In this document: one piece after another, positions 1 through 6,902 of the stretch
How positions within the stretch are numbered: position 1 is the stretch's first letter
How the letters are laid out: every line of letters starts with the position of its first letter
NCBI GenBank assembly: GCA_046758745.1
Contig: JBHIAV010000063.1
Location: 1 to 13,295 of the forward strand
Reading direction: 5' to 3'
DNA from: Gemmatimonadota bacterium
Lineage (GTDB): Bacteria > Gemmatimonadota > Gemmatimonadetes > Palauibacterales > Palauibacteraceae
Length of the DNA stretch: 13,295 nt
Translations under genes and position numbers: made by a program
The notes under the pieces: generated by a model
The model's input: the letters and a program-made list of their open reading frames with translations, nothing else
The model's database searches: none
Told to the model about the DNA's origin: nothing

Positions 1-1889
1 GGCGGCGAGGCGCCGGCCGAGCGCGGCCGGGCACCGGCCCCGGGCCGCCTGCCGGAATCCGGCGGGAGCGCGCCGGGCGAGCGCGAGCCCCGCGCGGCGC
101 CGGGAGAACGGTCGAGCGGGATCGAGGCCGTGAGCCTGGTCCCCCGACCGCGTCCCGAGTCGATCCGCAGCCCCCCGCCGAGCCGCTCGATCCGCTCGCG
201 CATTCCCAGCAGCCCCAGGCCCACCCTCTCGCCGGAGCCGTCCCGGATCCCGACGCCGTCGTCCGACACCACGGCCCGCAGGTCGCCGTCCCTCCCCCGC
301 AGCGTGACCCGGACGCGCTTCGCGCCGGCGTGACGCGCCACGTTGGTCAGCGCCTCCTGCACGAACCTGTAGAGGAGAAGCTCGACCTTCCGCGGCATCC
401 TCGAGTCCGGGACGCGGGCGCTGAGGGCGACGCGGATGCCGGTGCGCCGCGCGAAGTGGCCCGCGTACCAGCGCAGCGTCGGCAGCAGGCCGAGGTCGTC
501 GAGCATCGCCGGCCTGAGGTCCATCGAGATCCTGCGGGTCTCGGCGATGGTGCGGTCCAGGAGGCTCGTGGTCTCGGCGATCAGCGCCCGGGCGGAGGGC
601 CCCGCTCCGTTCGTGATGGTCCTCAGGATGTCGAGGTTGATCTTGGCCGCCGTCATCGACTGCGCCAGCTCGTCGTGCAGCTCCCGCGCGATCCTCTGCC
701 GGTCCTCCTCGAGGGCCGACTCGAGCCTCTCCGAGACGGCCTTCAGGTCGGCCTGCTTGCTGCGCAGCGCCTCCAGGACGCGGGCGCGGCGGACCGCGTG
801 GCCGATCTCCTCGCCCAGGATGGAGAAGATCTCGACATCACCCTCGTCGAACGCGTACGCCCGCTCCGACTCGAGGCGCAGCGCGCCGAGGGCCTTGCGG
901 TTGCTGTGGACGGGGTTGACGAGGATCGAGCGGGTCGACGCCGGCCAGTCGGGCAACGGCCTGGGCAGGTCGGCGACGTCCCGGATCAGGATCGGCCTGC
1001 CGGTCACGTACGCGCGACCGCCGAGGCACAGCGAGGAGAGCCGGCGGCCGAGCGAGAACCTCCGGCCCACGGTCCTCCGCGCCCCCCGGCCGGCCGCCGC
1101 GACCACCACCATCTGCCGGGTCGCGGGATCGCACAGCCCCAGGAGGACGGCGCTGTAGCCCCCGCCACGCTGGACCAGGCGCAAGAGCTTCGGCAGCAGC
1201 ACCGACAGCCGTTCCTCGGCGCCGATGAGGCGGCTCGCCCTGTTGAGCAGGACCATCTGGCGGTGGCGCTTGTGTTGCAGCCGGTGCTCCAGCGAGCCGT
1301 CGATGATCTCGGCCATCACCGCGGTCAGCACCCACGCGAGCTCGATCTCCGAGGCATCCATACGAAACGGCCGGCCGTGACGGTCGGCGTAGATCACGCC
1401 GATGACGTCGTCCCCCGAGCGCAGCGGCGCCCCGTAGACCGAGCTGACCCGTTTCCACGGAGCCCACCTCCTCCGCGACCGCTCGTCGGGGCAGACGTTC
1501 GGGTAACGCAGACCGCGGCGTCCGCGGAGCACCATCATCGTGAACGGGCAGGTGCGGGGATTCAGGCGCAGCTCGTGGCGCGAGTGGTGGGGCTGGCCGT
1601 GGGTCGCGTACAGGCGCATGGTCCTGCTCCGCGGCCCCTTGAGCCAGATCTCGGCCCGCGTGAAGCCGGTCGCCCCACAGAACTCCCTGAGGACGCCGCA
1701 GCCGACGGCCTCGGGGGGGCGCCGCAGGGCGCCGAGGCGGGACATGCGATGGAAGGCCCGCAACTGCCTCCATCTGAGGCGCCCCGGCGCCGCCCCCGCA
1801 GGCCGCGGCGGGACGGGCGGGATCGCCGCCCCCCGCCGCGTCGCGCGGGCGGGGCTCCCGCCTCGTCGCCCCGAACCGTCGGCTCCCAC
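1..1889 (-). CDS. Soluble sensor histidine kinase, GAF-GAF-HisKA_3-HATPase_c (NarX/UhpB/DosS class); 3' end beyond window
   Basis: Not in the ORF track because there is no stop inside the window. Manual translation (antisense to ORF 330..2144) gives H-box EEDRQRIARELHDELAQSMT (His codon 675-677), LRPAMLDDLGL, N-box LYRFVQEALTNVARHA, G1 VSDDGVG and G2 GLGLLGMRERIERLGG. Two GAF-like segments precede these (VYGAPLRSGDDVIGVIYAD; SILVNPVHSNRKALGALRLES..AFDEGD). Start uncertain: GTG at 1889 preceded by GAGG, or ATG at 1745. Confidence 0.93.
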   Translation of the reverse strand, partial: MGADGSGRRGGSPARATRRGAAIPPVPPRPAGAAPGRLRWRQLRAFHRMSRLGALRRPPEAVGCGVLREFCGATGFTRAEIWLKGPRSRTMRLYATHGQPHHSRHELRLNPRTCPFTMMVLRGRRGLRYPNVCPDERSRRRWAPWKRVSSVYGAPLRSGDDVIGVIYADRHGRPFRMDASEIELAWVLTAVMAEIIDGSLEHRLQHKRHRQMVLLNRASRLIGAEERLSVLLPKLLRLVQRGGGYSAVLLGLCDPATRQMVVVAAAGRGARRTVGRRFSLGRRLSSLCLGGRAYVTGRPILIRDVADLPRPLPDWPASTRSILVNPVHSNRKALGALRLESERAYAFDEGDVEIFSILGEEIGHAVRRARVLEALRSKQADLKAVSERLESALEEDRQRIARELHDELAQSMTAAKINLDILRTITNGAGPSARALIAETTSLLDRTIAETRRISMDLRPAMLDDLGLLPTLRWYAGHFARRTGIRVALSARVPDSRMPRKVELLLYRFVQEALTNVARHAGAKRVRVTLRGRDGDLRAVVSDDGVGIRDGSGERVGLGLLGMRERIERLGGGLRIDSGRGRGTRLTASIPLDRSPGAARGSRSPGALPPDSGRRPGAGARPRSAGASP

Positions 1890-1997
1890 GAGCACCTCGA
1901 CGGCAGTCGTCTGAGTTTGGGGGAAAGCTCGTTTCTCTGGCGGGCCGGCCCGTCCCGAGCCGGGCGGGTCGAGGGCCGACGGGCCAGACAGGAGTGT

Positions 1998-2026
1998 ATT
2001 TTCCTCCGTTCGAGCGATGCTGTCAA
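1998..2026 (-). promoter_or_regulatory. Putative sigma70-type promoter for the GAF kinase
   Basis: Minus strand reads TTGACA (2026-2021), a 17-nt spacer, then GAAAAT (2003-1998), in a relatively AT-rich intergenic patch between the wecB stop and the kinase start. Confidence 0.5.
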
Positions 2027-2076
2027 CAGAATCGGCGCCCCACGCGGGGTTGCGGGGAGGAGGCACCCGAAGGGAC

Positions 2077-3285
2077 CTACGGGCGCCGGCGCGCGAGCAC
2101 GGCGGCGATCCGGGCCGCCGCCCGTCCGTCCCACAGCGGGATGACCGGCCTGCGCTTCGGCGGTGAGGCCAGGATCCTACTGGCCTCCGTGACGATCCGC
2201 CGCGGGTCGCTGCCCACCAGGCGGTTCGTGCCGCGCGTGATGGTGATCGGCCGCTCCGTGTTGTCGCGCAGGGTCAGACAGGGCACGCCGAGGATGGTGG
2301 CCTCCTCCTGGATTCCCCCGGAGTCGGTCAGGAGCAGGGCCGCCCGCGCCTGCAGGTGGAGGAAGTCGAGGTAGCCGAGCGGCTCCACCAGACGGGGGCC
2401 GGAGGTGCCCCCCTCCGGGGCGGGGGCGAGGCCGAACCTGCGCATCATCTTGACGGTGCGCGGGTGGGCCGGAAAGATGACCGGGACCATCCCCGCGATC
2501 TCGGCCAGCGCCCCCAGGATCCGCCGGAGCGCCCCCTCGTCGTCCACGTTCGAGGGGCGGTGCAGGGTCACGAGCGCGAACGGGGGGCTGACGCCCAGAC
2601 GGCGCACGACGTCGGAGTGATCGGACCTGCGCGCGAAGCGCCGGAGCGTGTCGATCATCACGTTACCGACCCGGTGGATCTTCCGCCGGTCCACGCCCTC
2701 CGCACGCAGGTTCCGGTCGGCGTCCGGGCTGGTGGTGAACAGGAGGTCGGAGAGGGCGTCGGTGACCATCCGGTTGATCTCCTCCGGCATGCTCCGATCG
2801 CGCGACCTGAGGCCCGCCTCGACGTGCGCCACGGGCACCGGCGGCGACATCTTGGCCGCCACCACGGAGCAGGCCAGGGTGGAGTTGACGTCCCCGACGA
2901 CGATCACCCAGTCCGGCCGGTCCTCCAGGAGGACCGTCTCGAAGCGCTCCATGATGCGCGCCGTCTGGAGGGCGTGGCTCGCCGAGCCGGCGCCCAGGTG
3001 GACCTCGGGAGGCGGGATCTCCAGCTCCTCGAAGAAGACGTCCGAGAGCTGATCGTCGTAGTGCTGTCCCGTGTGCACCAGCCGGGGCCGGAACAGCCCC
3101 GGCCGGGCGCGCAGCTCGCGCAGAAGCGGCGCGATCTTCATGAAGTTGGGACGGGCGCCGGCCACGAGGAGGAGCTTCAGGGGCCGCCTGCGCGCCGCGG
3201 GACGCCGGCCGGCCGCCGCGGCGCCGGACGCGCGCCGCGCCGGCGAGCGCGCGCGATGCCTCCGGGGGCCGCCCCGACCGCTCAT
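2077..3285 (-). CDS. wecB: UDP-N-acetylglucosamine 2-epimerase (non-hydrolysing)
   Basis: Motifs GARPNFMK, HTGQHYD, GDVNST, HVEAGLRS, MPEEINR, TLHRPSNVD, TDSGGIQEE, LRDNTERP and WDGRAA. The ATG overlaps the upstream stop (ATGA, 3282-3285). The conserved domain begins near 3180. Confidence 0.95.
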   Translation of the reverse strand: MSGRGGPRRHRARSPARRASGAAAAGRRPAARRRPLKLLLVAGARPNFMKIAPLLRELRARPGLFRPRLVHTGQHYDDQLSDVFFEELEIPPPEVHLGAGSASHALQTARIMERFETVLLEDRPDWVIVVGDVNSTLACSVVAAKMSPPVPVAHVEAGLRSRDRSMPEEINRMVTDALSDLLFTTSPDADRNLRAEGVDRRKIHRVGNVMIDTLRRFARRSDHSDVVRRLGVSPPFALVTLHRPSNVDDEGALRRILGALAEIAGMVPVIFPAHPRTVKMMRRFGLAPAPEGGTSGPRLVEPLGYLDFLHLQARAALLLTDSGGIQEEATILGVPCLTLRDNTERPITITRGTNRLVGSDPRRIVTEASRILASPPKRRPVIPLWDGRAAARIAAVLARRRP

Positions 3286-4409
3286 CGCCCGCCGATCACC
3301 TCGCGCAGCGCCTCGCAGACCCGGTCCACCTGATCGTCCGTCATCTCCGGGAACAGCGGCAGCGAGAGGACCTCCCGCGCGGCCCGCTCCGCCTCCGGGA
3401 ACCGTCCGGGACCGTACCCTAAAGCCGCGTTCGCCGGCTGCAGGTGGAGCGGTACCGGGTAGTGCACTCCCGAGGGCACCCCCCGCTCCCTCAGCCCCTC
3501 GCGCACGCGGTCGCGGGCGTGGACCCGCACCGTGAACAGGTGGTAGACGTGGCGCGCCCAGGGCCTCTCGACCGGCAGGCTCACCGGCGCCCCCTCGAGG
3601 CCGCGCCGGTAGCGCCCGGCGAGCGACCGGCGCCGGTCGTTCCAGGCGCCCAGGCGCCCGAGCTTCACGCCGAGGACCGCCGCCTGGATCTCGTCCAGCC
3701 GGGCGGTCGTCCCCTCCTCCACGTGGACGTATTTCCCGCTCTGGCCGTGGTCGCGCAGCCGGCGCGCCCGGCCGGCGATCTCCCCGCGCGAGGTGGTCAG
3801 CATCCCGCCGTCCCCGCAGGCACCCAGGTTCTTCGTCGGGTAGAAGGAGAAGCAGCCGGCCTCCCCGAAAGACCCGACGGGGCGGCCCCGGTACAGCGCC
3901 CCGTGCGCCTGGCAGGCGTCCTCGATCACGGCGATCCCGTGCCGGCGCGCGATCGACAGCAGCGGCTCCATGTCGGCGGGGTGGCCGTAGAGGTGGACCG
4001 GCAGGATCGCCTTGGTGCGCGGGGTGAGCGCCTGCTCCACGCGCCCGGGATCCAGGTTGAGGGTCTCCGGGTCGACGTCCGCGAACACCGGGCGCGCCCC
4101 CGCCTGGCCGATCGCCTCACAGGTCGCGGCGAACGAGAACGGGCTGGTCACCACCTCCGGGGCACCGTCCCCGGCGCTCGGCCCCTGCGGCCCGACGCCC
4201 GCGGCGACCAGAGCCAGCCTCAGCGCGTCGGTCCCGCTGCCCACCGCCACGGCGTGGGAGACGCGGCACCACTCCGCGAACGCCCGCTCGAACCGCTCCA
4301 CCTCGGGACCGCTCACGTAGCGTCCCGAGGCGAGCACCCGGCTCACCGCCGCGTCGATGTCCGAACGGAGAGCCGCGTACTGCGCCTTCAGGTCCGCCAG
4401 CTCGATCAT
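3282..4409 (-). CDS. DegT/DnrJ/EryC1/StrS family PLP-dependent nucleotide-sugar aminotransferase
   Basis: Likely true start is ATG 4409 (MIELADLKAQY) with a GGAGGA RBS. Motifs GSGTDAL, PVHLYG, IEDACQAHGA, FSFYPTKNLG (PLP Lys), RLDEIQAA, HYPVPLH and LSLPLFP. The ORF-track extension to 4808 overlaps the next gene. Confidence 0.95.
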   Translation of the reverse strand: MIELADLKAQYAALRSDIDAAVSRVLASGRYVSGPEVERFERAFAEWCRVSHAVAVGSGTDALRLALVAAGVGPQGPSAGDGAPEVVTSPFSFAATCEAIGQAGARPVFADVDPETLNLDPGRVEQALTPRTKAILPVHLYGHPADMEPLLSIARRHGIAVIEDACQAHGALYRGRPVGSFGEAGCFSFYPTKNLGACGDGGMLTTSRGEIAGRARRLRDHGQSGKYVHVEEGTTARLDEIQAAVLGVKLGRLGAWNDRRRSLAGRYRRGLEGAPVSLPVERPWARHVYHLFTVRVHARDRVREGLRERGVPSGVHYPVPLHLQPANAALGYGPGRFPEAERAAREVLSLPLFPEMTDDQVDRVCEALREVIGGR

Positions 4410-4435
4410 GGGGAGATCCTCCGCCCGGCGGCGCT

Positions 4436-4801
4436 TCAGGCCTCCTCGCCGGTCTGCGGCGAGTCGTCGGCGCTGTCCAGGAGCGACCTGGCCTCCTCCA
4501 GCCGGTCCCCGGGCACCAGAATGCTGGCCCTCAGGGGCCGGGGCCCTTCCCTCCCGCTGTAGGCGCCGACCGGGAGCAGGCCGAGCGCCTCCTCGCCCTG
4601 GACGACGTAGGGGATGCCGGCGGCGTCCAGGACCGACTTCACCAGCGGGAGGAAGCCGACGTCGGTGGTGGAGGTGAGCTCCACCAGATCGGTCCCCTCG
4701 TGTGACGGCTCGGGCGGGGCCTTCTCGGTCAGGGGGACGTCGCAATCGGCGCACCGGTCGAACCCGGGCCGGTACTCCGTGCCGCAGCTGGGACAGAACA
4801 T
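4436..4801 (-). CDS. Zinc-ribbon + DUF2007 (putative signal-transducing) protein
   Basis: N-terminal MFCPSCGTEYRPGFDRCADCDVPL (two CxxC), then LVKSVLDAAGIPYVVQGE...ILVP..RLEEARSLL, typical of DUF2007. GGAGGTGA RBS precedes the ATG. Confidence 0.85.
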   Translation of the reverse strand: MFCPSCGTEYRPGFDRCADCDVPLTEKAPPEPSHEGTDLVELTSTTDVGFLPLVKSVLDAAGIPYVVQGEEALGLLPVGAYSGREGPRPLRASILVPGDRLEEARSLLDSADDSPQTGEEA

Positions 4802-4857
4802 CCGTCACCTCCGGGGGGCCGTGGCCGGCGATCGCGGCAAGGCCGCCCGCGGCCCCG

Positions 4858-5538
4858 TCAGCCCGTGAACTTGTACCCCATGCCGTGGACGGTCACGATG
4901 AAGCGGGGCTCGGCGGGTTCGTCCTCGATCTTCTTCCGAAGCTTGGCGACGTGCATGTCCACCGTGCGCGTGAGCGGAGCGGCGCCGTAGCCCCAGACCG
5001 CGTCGAGCAGCTGATCCCGGGCCACGATCCGCCCGCGGTTCTCGACCAGGTACTGGAGGAGACGCAGCTCGCGCGAGGTCATCTCGAGCATCCTCCCCTT
5101 CTTGCGGACCTCGCCCCTCCTGAAGTCGGCGCTGACGTCCCCGAACCGGTAGGACTCGAGACCGATCGGTGCGCCGGAGGATCTCTGCAGCACCGCTTCG
5201 ACCCGGGCCATCAGCCCGAGGAAGCTGAACGGCTTGGTGACGTAGTCGTCGGCGCCGAGCTTCAGCCGCAGGAGCTTGTCGATCTCCTGGCCGCGCGCAG
5301 CGAGCATGATGATCGGGACGCGGTTCCCCTGCCTGCGGATCCCGCGGCACACGTCCGGCCCGCTCATCTTCGGGAGCATCGCGTCCAGGAGGATCAGGTC
5401 GGGGCCGGTCTCCCCGGCCAGGCGGAGCGCCTCGGGGCCGTCCCGCGCCAGCTCCACCTCGTACCCCTGGTGCTTGAAGGCGTCGGTCAGCGCCGTGGCC
5501 ATCAAGTCCTCGTCTTCGACGATCAGCACCCTCGGCAC
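4858..5538 (-). CDS. OmpR/PhoB-family response regulator (receiver + winged HTH)
   Basis: Receiver motifs VLIVEDE, LILLD, GADDYVTKPF; wHTH TRTVDMHVAKLRKKIE..IVTVHGMGYKF. GTG start with GGGAGG upstream. Confidence 0.94.
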   Translation of the reverse strand: MPRVLIVEDEDLMATALTDAFKHQGYEVELARDGPEALRLAGETGPDLILLDAMLPKMSGPDVCRGIRRQGNRVPIIMLAARGQEIDKLLRLKLGADDYVTKPFSFLGLMARVEAVLQRSSGAPIGLESYRFGDVSADFRRGEVRKKGRMLEMTSRELRLLQYLVENRGRIVARDQLLDAVWGYGAAPLTRTVDMHVAKLRKKIEDEPAEPRFIVTVHGMGYKFTG

Positions 5539-5553
5539 GGCTCCGCCTCCCTC

Positions 5554-6067
5554 TCAGGCCTTCGGCCCGGGCCGCAGCCCGGCGGCGCCGACGGGGGGTT
5601 GCGCCCCCGGCACCCGCGCCGGCGGACACCGCCGCCGTGGACTCCGCTCCGCCCGCCGCCGTGTCCCCGAGAGCCGGCTCCCGGGGCGTCCCCTCCACCG
5701 GCAAGTATATGGAAAAAGCGCTTCCCCTGCTCAACTCGCTCCGTACCTCCACCCGCCCCGCCGTGGACCTTCCTGATGTGGTGCGCGAGGGACAGCCCCG
5801 GCCCGCTCCGGTGGACGTCGTGGACGAGCCGGGTGCTCGTCCGATGGAATCTCTCGAAGATCGTCGCGGGCGGCCCCGATCACGTTCGACCCGTCGTCGG
5901 TGATCGGGCTCAGGAGGAGCGCGCGCAACCCCTTGATCGGCTTCTTTCTCCAGTCGCACGCCGCCCTGGCGACGCGCCGCTGGACGAACAGTGTCGCCGG
6001 GACCTCGAGGGCTGCTTCGCCGCAGACTGCCGGCCGACGTGATGGCGCGGTGGATCGGGCGGGACAT
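5554..6067 (-). pseudogene. Degraded sensor histidine kinase (HATPase_c C-terminal remnant, frameshifted, HisKA missing)
   Basis: From 5861 the minus strand reads IFERFHRTSTRLVHDVHRSGPGLSLAHHIRKVHGG. After a frameshift at the G-run 5756-5759 it reads RVEVRSELSRGSAFSIYLPVEG. This is an F-box, a decayed G2 box and the terminal strand of a kinase ATPase domain, directly upstream of the regulator. No H-box, N-box or G1 box is visible. The 5' limit is uncertain. Confidence 0.8.
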
Positions 6068-6187
6068 GGTGGAGGACGCGGGCGTCGAGGTGGCGCGGAA
6101 GCGACTCGGGCGCGTACCGGGCGGGCCGGCGTCAACGGGGTTTCGGCCGCCGGCCTTTCCTTTATCAGGAGACTCTCCGGGCCAGGG

Positions 6188-6769
6188 TCAGGGCAGGCTG
6201 GGAGAGCCCTCCTCGTCGTCATCAGCGGCGGCGATACCGATGCCGAGGCCGACGACGCTTGCTATCACGATCAGCCAGGCCTTCTTGGTCTTGGAGGAGA
6301 TCCCGGGGTTGCCGTCATCGGCCTCCCCCTCCTCGCCGGGCTCCTCAGCCTCGGCGCCCTGTTCCTTCTCCGCCCGCGGGTTCGCGGAAGGCTGCTCACC
6401 GGTCCCGGGGGGAGGCACCGCCGCCATCGCCACGCTGAGGTCGATCGGGGTCCCGAAGGTCTCCACCAGCACCGGCAGGCCGGGAGCCAGCGCATCGCTC
6501 TTCGGGCCGAGGACCTCGAGCCGATAGGCGCCCTCCGGCAGCCCCGGGATCTCGTAGGTCCCGTCGGCTCGGATGGGCACCGTGATGGCGGGTCCGCCGT
6601 CGCGCGGCGTCGCCCTCACGAGCGATCCCGGCGGGAGCTGTCCGCTCTCGGCCCTCACCCGACCGAACACCGACCCGTCGGCGGCGGACGCCAGGGGAAC
6701 TCCGGTCAGATTGAACACCAAACCCAGCAGGCAGAGCGACGCTACGAGGCGCGACGTGTGCTGGCTCAT
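6188..6769 (-). CDS. Secreted/membrane-anchored protein with a carboxypeptidase-regulatory-like beta-sandwich domain
   Basis: Signal peptide ending PLASA-A; GSVFGRV...IRADGTYEIPGLPEGAYRLEV, typical of CarboxypepD_reg-like domains; acidic linker; C-terminal hydrophobic helix AWLIVIASVVGLGIGIAAA. GGAG RBS. Confidence 0.8.
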   Translation of the reverse strand: MSQHTSRLVASLCLLGLVFNLTGVPLASAADGSVFGRVRAESGQLPPGSLVRATPRDGGPAITVPIRADGTYEIPGLPEGAYRLEVLGPKSDALAPGLPVLVETFGTPIDLSVAMAAVPPPGTGEQPSANPRAEKEQGAEAEEPGEEGEADDGNPGISSKTKKAWLIVIASVVGLGIGIAAADDDEEGSPSLP

Positions 6770-6902
6770 GGGCTGATCTCCGTCCTCTATTCGAGTTGTC
6801 GGAAGAGCAGTGGAGCGCTCCTCCTACCATGCCAAATCCCTCCCGTCCCGTCAAGGCCTTTCTTCAAAATCCTCCGGGGAACGGGGGGCCTCGATCGTCT
6901 AG

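Noticed and set aside
838..1773. 311-aa minus-strand ORF
   Set aside because: An off-frame, Arg/Pro-rich overlap of the real GAF kinase frame.
1940..1990. Inverted repeat GGCCCGTC/GACGGGCC in the kinase leader
   Set aside because: No riboswitch motif recognised; plausible by chance at this GC content.
330..2144. 604-aa plus-strand ORF and other long plus-strand ORFs (2356..3333, 3444..4562, 4702..6042, 6984..8375)
   Set aside because: They are antisense shadows of recognisable minus-strand genes in high-GC DNA and have no motifs of their own.
4410..4808. N-terminal extension of the aminotransferase in the ORF track
   Set aside because: It overlaps the DUF2007 gene in another frame; a strong RBS and family homology start at ATG 4409.
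4805..6067. 420-aa minus-strand ORF as an intact gene
   Set aside because: Only a short stretch is kinase-like; the rest is off-frame read-through over the response regulator.
6120..6170. Minus-strand CTGATAA...GGCC-GGC-GGCC-GAAAC and a GGCCGGCG/CGCCGGCC inverted repeat, reminiscent of a hammerhead core or terminator
   Set aside because: The core is CUGAUAA rather than CUGAUGA, with no convincing stems I/III and no U-tract. GC-rich hairpins are expected by chance. An Rfam cmscan would settle it.
6820..6890. TTGACG element and small hairpin between the epimerase and the secreted-protein gene
   Set aside because: No good -10 at 16-18 nt spacing, and the hairpin is imperfect on the coding strand; too weak to call a promoter or terminator.
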